In this document: in pieces, positions 59,584-64,000 of the stretch | Numbering within the stretch: position 1 is the stretch's first letter | Layout of the letters: the number at the start of each line of letters is the position of its first letter | Assembly (NCBI GenBank): GCA_903939735.1 | Contig: CAJAIA010000006.1 | Coordinates: 27,461 to 91,460, forward strand | From: an uncultured Ignavibacteria bacterium | GTDB taxonomy: Bacteria; Bacteroidota; Ignavibacteria; Kapaibacteriales; Kapaibacteriaceae | Direction: 5' to 3' | Length of the DNA stretch: 64,000 nt | Program-made: the position numbers and the translations under genes | Notes under the pieces: generated by a model | Databases searched by the model: none | Told to the model about the DNA's origin: nothing | The model's input: only the letters and a program-made list of their open reading frames with translations

Positions 59584-60266
59584 AACTGCTCACTTTCGAA
59601 TGATGAAGTAAACGGACGAAGCACAAGCGATGGGTCGTCGAGATGACGCTGCACGTTGTGGACGAAATGTCCGATATGATATCCGTCGACTAATCCATGA
59701 TGCACCTGCAGACCTAACCCCAGCAGCGTGCGACCGTGTTGGTCGTACATCTTGCCTATGCAGAAAACCGGCATGGAAGCAACCTTCCGGGAGAAGGGGG
59801 CTTGCACCGATGTCTGAGTTGTCCATGGGTTCACAGTAATGAAGATCTGACCTTGATTCGGTGACATCTCAACAGACTCATGTCCGCGCACGACCCGGTC
59901 ATGGATCGCAAGATTTGAAAGGTAATCATCATCAAACACGTCAGTATAGACGCCCCGCATAAAAGCGAAGACCTTGTTGGGCATCATGACGGTGTATGCT
60001 GGGATGATCTTGTTGTATTCTACAAGCACGTTGTCAACGATGCGCAGACGAAGCTCTGGTACATGATTGTTTGCCCTCGTTAGAATGAACCCGATCGTCT
60101 GCGAAAACTTTAGACTGCGTTCCTTGCAGAACTGCCTGAGAGCAGTAACATCGATCTGAATTGTTCGGTACGTAACCGGGATGTCGAATTCCACGAAGTG
60201 CTCGTAGAGATGCCTTCTCGTGAAGGACTCTAACGCAATTGGTGTGGCGATTGGCCATTCAAACAT
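59580..60266 (-). CDS. CatA-like (chloramphenicol acetyltransferase family) O-acyltransferase
   Basis: RRHLYEHF, PELRLRI, NPWT, P.F.IGK, QVHHGLVDGYH catalytic motif; ATG 60266 preferred. Confidence 0.85.
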   Translation of the reverse strand: MFEWPIATPIALESFTRRHLYEHFVEFDIPVTYRTIQIDVTALRQFCKERSLKFSQTIGFILTRANNHVPELRLRIVDNVLVEYNKIIPAYTVMMPNKVFAFMRGVYTDVFDDDYLSNLAIHDRVVRGHESVEMSPNQGQIFITVNPWTTQTSVQAPFSRKVASMPVFCIGKMYDQHGRTLLGLGLQVHHGLVDGYHIGHFVHNVQRHLDDPSLVLRPFTSSFESEQL

Positions 60267-60402
60267 GGTGTGTGAAACCCCTAGATAGTAACCCGTTAAT
60301 CCCAAGCGTGAAAATAGTCGTTATCGAGGTACCATCTAGAATTGGATGTACACATTGTATTTTCCATTCGTTCATTTACGACACAATGGGACTTGGGGAA
60401 AC

Positions 60403-61764
60403 ATGTCGTCTCGAACTGGACTCGACAGGGTGCTGAATCTGCCACCCTTCTGGCTCGCATTTGCCTTCATGGCGCTTGTCAGCCTACCAATGTCATATGT
60501 GGCATTGCCCATCTCGGCAGCCCCACTAGGCCCCCTACCGTCCATCGCGATCATCGTTGTTGTGACGACCATTATGTGTGTGAGCACATCGGCGATAGCG
60601 GAAGCAGTTGTTTCTATACCTGCTGATGTTCGGCCAAAGAATCTTCGTGACTTGGTTGTTGTGTACCTCGGCAGGCGCATAGGAACAATCACAGCAATTG
60701 CTGTTGCGATCGTGTTCTTCGCCGTCCTTGTTGCATGCCTCGTGTCGATTGTATCGACGCTTGCCTTCTACACGGGAATGACGGAAGAAGTGTGGCTTGG
60801 TATCGTGGGCTGTGTTGTACTTGTTGTGATTTCGATTGGTTCGGTGGAGCATAGCCTATCACTTGTTGCGGGTGCTGCAGCACTTGTGTTGATCATTGCT
60901 ATCCTGATTGCACTCGTACCCTTTCTCAATCCCGAGCACGTGCTGTTTGCGCAGCTACCCTTTACGGATAATCGCGGAGCAGCGCCTGAATTGTGGTCTG
61001 GTTTCCTTGGTGTGAGTATACTCTCGTTCATTGGACCGCTCCTCCTTGTTCCTTCGGCAACCTATGTTCTGCCTAACAACCCCAAGGCCCGGCAGTATAT
61101 CACGGGCAGTCTTTGGGGCATTGTGTTTCAGGGCGTATTGATGATCCTCTGGATCACATTAGTTGATATGTCGGTGTTACCAACAGAGCTTATCGGACTT
61201 CATGGAACGGTGTTTCTGAAGCTTGCAGAGGCGACTGATGGATTTATTGCGACGGCAGGAACGATGCTTGTCTTCATTCTTCCTGGCCTTGCCACCATTC
61301 GTGCTGCTGGGCAATTGGGCGGCCTCATACGTCTCGCTCTGCGTCCTACATCGGAACCAGTTTCAACCGTAGACAAATTCAAGTGGAAGGTGGTTGTACC
61401 TGCACTTCCTTCTCTTGGAGCCATCCTCTTAGTAGCGCTGTTGATTGAAGAGAATGCGGCCGACGTGTCAGTGTTTCTATCAATCGGCGGCATTCTAGGA
61501 TCTTCGATTGCTACAGGCATAGTACCAGCGATGTTATACAAGCGTGTTCAACAGCAGGCGGCTGAGCCAGAGGTACGAGTACTGCACATCTTCCGAACAA
61601 CTACGGCGATACTGCTGAGCTCATTGTTCTTCTCAACAGTTCTTTTTCTCTACGGTATTCTCGTATGGCATTCATTGCCCATCCAGATCCTGGCGTGTGG
61701 TATTGCGGTGGTGAATCTTGTCTGGGTGTTGCGACACTGGATTAATACGGCCACGGACCAATAG
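60403..61764 (+). CDS. Amino-acid permease-like membrane protein (APC/aromatic amino acid permease-like)
   Basis: 11 or more TMs; 'ALPISAAPLGPL', 'LRDLVVVYLGR' patterns. Confidence 0.55.
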   Translation: MSSRTGLDRVLNLPPFWLAFAFMALVSLPMSYVALPISAAPLGPLPSIAIIVVVTTIMCVSTSAIAEAVVSIPADVRPKNLRDLVVVYLGRRIGTITAIAVAIVFFAVLVACLVSIVSTLAFYTGMTEEVWLGIVGCVVLVVISIGSVEHSLSLVAGAAALVLIIAILIALVPFLNPEHVLFAQLPFTDNRGAAPELWSGFLGVSILSFIGPLLLVPSATYVLPNNPKARQYITGSLWGIVFQGVLMILWITLVDMSVLPTELIGLHGTVFLKLAEATDGFIATAGTMLVFILPGLATIRAAGQLGGLIRLALRPTSEPVSTVDKFKWKVVVPALPSLGAILLVALLIEENAADVSVFLSIGGILGSSIATGIVPAMLYKRVQQQAAEPEVRVLHIFRTTTAILLSSLFFSTVLFLYGILVWHSLPIQILACGIAVVNLVWVLRHWINTATDQ

Positions 61765-62366
61765 TTTGTTGTAGCTTGAGTGGATTCGATTGCATCTGAA
61801 TGCACGCCTCTCTTAGAAGCTCCGGTGATTGACCACCGTTCCCGTGCTTACGGAATGTAGTGACTAGGACACTGCTATGAAGCTAGAGGCAGCAATAGAT
61901 TTTTCTCATACCTGACGAAAGTCATATACGCTGACATCAGCATTCCAGAACATTGTACAGTTAGCTGTCTTGACTGAATGAGGTGTCTCGTATAAATGGG
62001 AGTTCAATTCCGTGACTATGTGTAGGTAGATAGTAGTCTAGAGGTATTTCAAGTGAAAGGCCACTACTAGGTGACAGAGGTCACAGAAACAGACTCAGTC
62101 AATCAGCGATGTTTGCATCGTGTCTTTATGTACTTGTCAATTCACAATTGTCGGATGTGTTGTTCCTAGATGTAACGAGTTAGATAGAGATCTTACGACG
62201 GCCGTCGTTTGCTAGGGATGAAGTGCGTTAACGTGTTGTGAAGAGAAGTGAAGAGAAGTAAAGTGTGTCGTACTTGATGATTGAAATGAAATACCGGGTT
62301 ACGATTATCCATCATTTGTTTGGATGACGTGTTCTCTATCCATGGTTCTGTTTTAGAGGTGGTGAT

Positions 62367-64000
62367 ATGTACAGTAGTTCTACTACACTACAGCAGCGCA
62401 TTGCTGTTATAGTATCATTTCTTGTCTTACTGCTTGCAGCATCTGAAACAACAGCGCAAACAGTAATTCCTCATACGCTCTCGTACCAGGGCCTATTGCT
62501 TGATTCTACAGGCATTGCAGTGTGCGATAGCACCTGGGATATGGAGTTCTTCCTGTACCGAAACGGTTCAGGAGATACTGCGTTCTGGCGAGAAGAACAC
62601 TCAGTGCGGACAAAACTGGGAGTGTTCGGCGTTGTGCTCGGTGGACGCATTCCTATCTCTCTTGTGCATGGCGACAGTTTGTGGCTGTCAATCAGGATAG
62701 GTGAATCAGACGTGCAAACGGCACGACTACTTCTGACATCCGTCCCCTACGCGTTTAGTGCAGATACCGCCACATATGCCATGACATCGGGCATGGCTCA
62801 GACGCTGAGCCCAGAGGGTGCAGCAGAAGTCCGCAATTCGATTGGTATTCCCGAAAACAACATGGGCAATGTTCTGATCGGAGCGATCAATGCCACTGGT
62901 ACGGGGATGATCGATTCAAAGCGCATTCCAAGTGTCAAATCAACAACTGGCTCGAATGTTCATGCATACGGTCCAATCGACTCTCTGGGATTGTCAATTG
63001 GGAAAGGGGCTGTCGGCGACAACGAGTTGCAAGATGTATTCGCGAGTGTGCCGACGTCGCTTGGAGGTCCAACGCAATCGCTGATTATCGAGGTAGACGT
63101 CGATGGTCGTGTTCGCAGCATTCGTGGAGTTGAAATCACTGGAGTCCTTCCAGGAGGCGAAGCATCTGGTGACCTACGGGGAACATATCCAGCGCCACTC
63201 ATTCGTGATTCAGCAGTTACGCGCGATAAGCTTCGTAACGCTGCTGTTTCGACAGAGAAGCTTGTCGATGCAAGCGTGACACACAGCAAGTTGGCCGACA
63301 ATTCTGTCGGTACTGATAACATCATCGACCAAGCGGTTACAACACCAAAGCTTGCCGACAGTGCAGTGACAACGGATAAAATGGCGAACGCAGCTGTGAC
63401 TACGGAGAAGCTTGCCCGCTACAGTGTCACCGAGGAAAAGATTCTCGATCACCAAGTGACCTCTGACAAGATGACCAACATGCCGCTAGCACCTGGCACG
63501 TATGGCAATAGCACGCAGGTAGCGCAGGTGTACGTTGATCAGGCGGGACGTGTAGTGACGGTACGCAATGTTGACATTGTCTCCGTTCCACCGGCAGGTC
63601 CGGCAGGCGGCGATCTTACGGGCGTGTATCCGAATCCTCAGATTCGCGACTCTGCAGTGACGCGTGCAAAGGTTGCGACGAATGCAATCACATCACAGAA
63701 CATCGTTGATGGTGAAGTACGCACGGGTGACATCGCAGACCGCGCAGTTACAACATCGAAGATCGGCAACGAACAAGTCACAACGGAAAAGCTCCGTCCG
63801 ACGGGTGTTGTTCCAGGCGTGTATGGTGGACAACAATACACGACGGTCTTTTCTGTCGATACAAGTGGTCGCGTTACGGCTGCTACGAATGTTGCAATCA
63901 GGGATGTATCACCTGGTGGTGCAGCCGGTGGCGACCTTACAGGTACGTATCCGAATCCAACCGTTGCACCTTCGGCGATCACATCAGCGAAGATTGCTGA
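62367..64000 (+). CDS. Secreted fibre/adhesin-like repeat protein, 3'-truncated by window edge (absent from ORF track)
   Basis: GAGGTGG before ATG 62367; frame open for 544 codons; signal peptide; 'IPHTLSYQGLL...GVFGVVLG...LTSVPYA'; decapeptide repeats (D/N)xAVTxxK(L/I); three G(G/S)DLxGxYPxP motifs. Confidence 0.85.
   Translation, partial: MYSSSTTLQQRIAVIVSFLVLLLAASETTAQTVIPHTLSYQGLLLDSTGIAVCDSTWDMEFFLYRNGSGDTAFWREEHSVRTKLGVFGVVLGGRIPISLVHGDSLWLSIRIGESDVQTARLLLTSVPYAFSADTATYAMTSGMAQTLSPEGAAEVRNSIGIPENNMGNVLIGAINATGTGMIDSKRIPSVKSTTGSNVHAYGPIDSLGLSIGKGAVGDNELQDVFASVPTSLGGPTQSLIIEVDVDGRVRSIRGVEITGVLPGGEASGDLRGTYPAPLIRDSAVTRDKLRNAAVSTEKLVDASVTHSKLADNSVGTDNIIDQAVTTPKLADSAVTTDKMANAAVTTEKLARYSVTEEKILDHQVTSDKMTNMPLAPGTYGNSTQVAQVYVDQAGRVVTVRNVDIVSVPPAGPAGGDLTGVYPNPQIRDSAVTRAKVATNAITSQNIVDGEVRTGDIADRAVTTSKIGNEQVTTEKLRPTGVVPGVYGGQQYTTVFSVDTSGRVTAATNVAIRDVSPGGAAGGDLTGTYPNPTVAPSAITSAKIA

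Noticed and set aside
59580-60266. Bona fide chloramphenicol-resistance gene cat
   Set aside because: Only fold and catalytic motif are supported; the sequence is divergent and the context suggests another substrate
63200-64000. 30-nt periodicity suggesting a CRISPR or DNA repeat array
   Set aside because: Repeats are conserved at the protein level and degenerate at third codon positions; no identical repeats with spacers and no cas genes
57441-64000. Integrative element or prophage at tRNA-Phe
   Set aside because: No integrase, no visible duplicate of the tRNA 3' end and no phage genes within the window; kept only as an accessory-region inference

Overview
Bacterial chromosomal window, almost fully coding. 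It has many proteins ending in type IX secretion (T9SS)-like C-terminal sorting domains and recurrent TAnnTTTG promoter elements, which points to the FCB/Bacteroidota superphylum; Kapabacteria/Ignavibacteria-like is my inference. Housekeeping genes include gatB, ilvE, a fused 2-oxoacid dehydrogenase E1, mutY, cdd, guaA, metG, ftsL-ftsI, rlmN and tRNA-Phe. The notable parts are: (1) a ~14 kb cluster of secreted proteins (2336, 683, 382, 1035 and 258 aa) carrying Pmp-like GGA(I/L/V) repeats, a dockerin-like duplication with expanded loops, cohesin-like domains and a shared unnamed motif, with no recognisable CAZyme domain; (2) an accessory operon after tRNA-Phe (CAT-like acyltransferase, GNAT-like protein, a CxxHxxC ferredoxin missing from the ORF track and interrupted by an in-frame TAG, cytochrome P450) facing an amino-acid permease; (3) a DTE proteorhodopsin with Gly at the carotenoid-antenna fenestration site; (4) IcmF split into two ORFs; (5) a repeat-rich fibre-like ORF running off the right edge. 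I saw no CRISPR array, rRNA, transposase or integrase. All family calls come from motif recognition by eye; no database searches were run.
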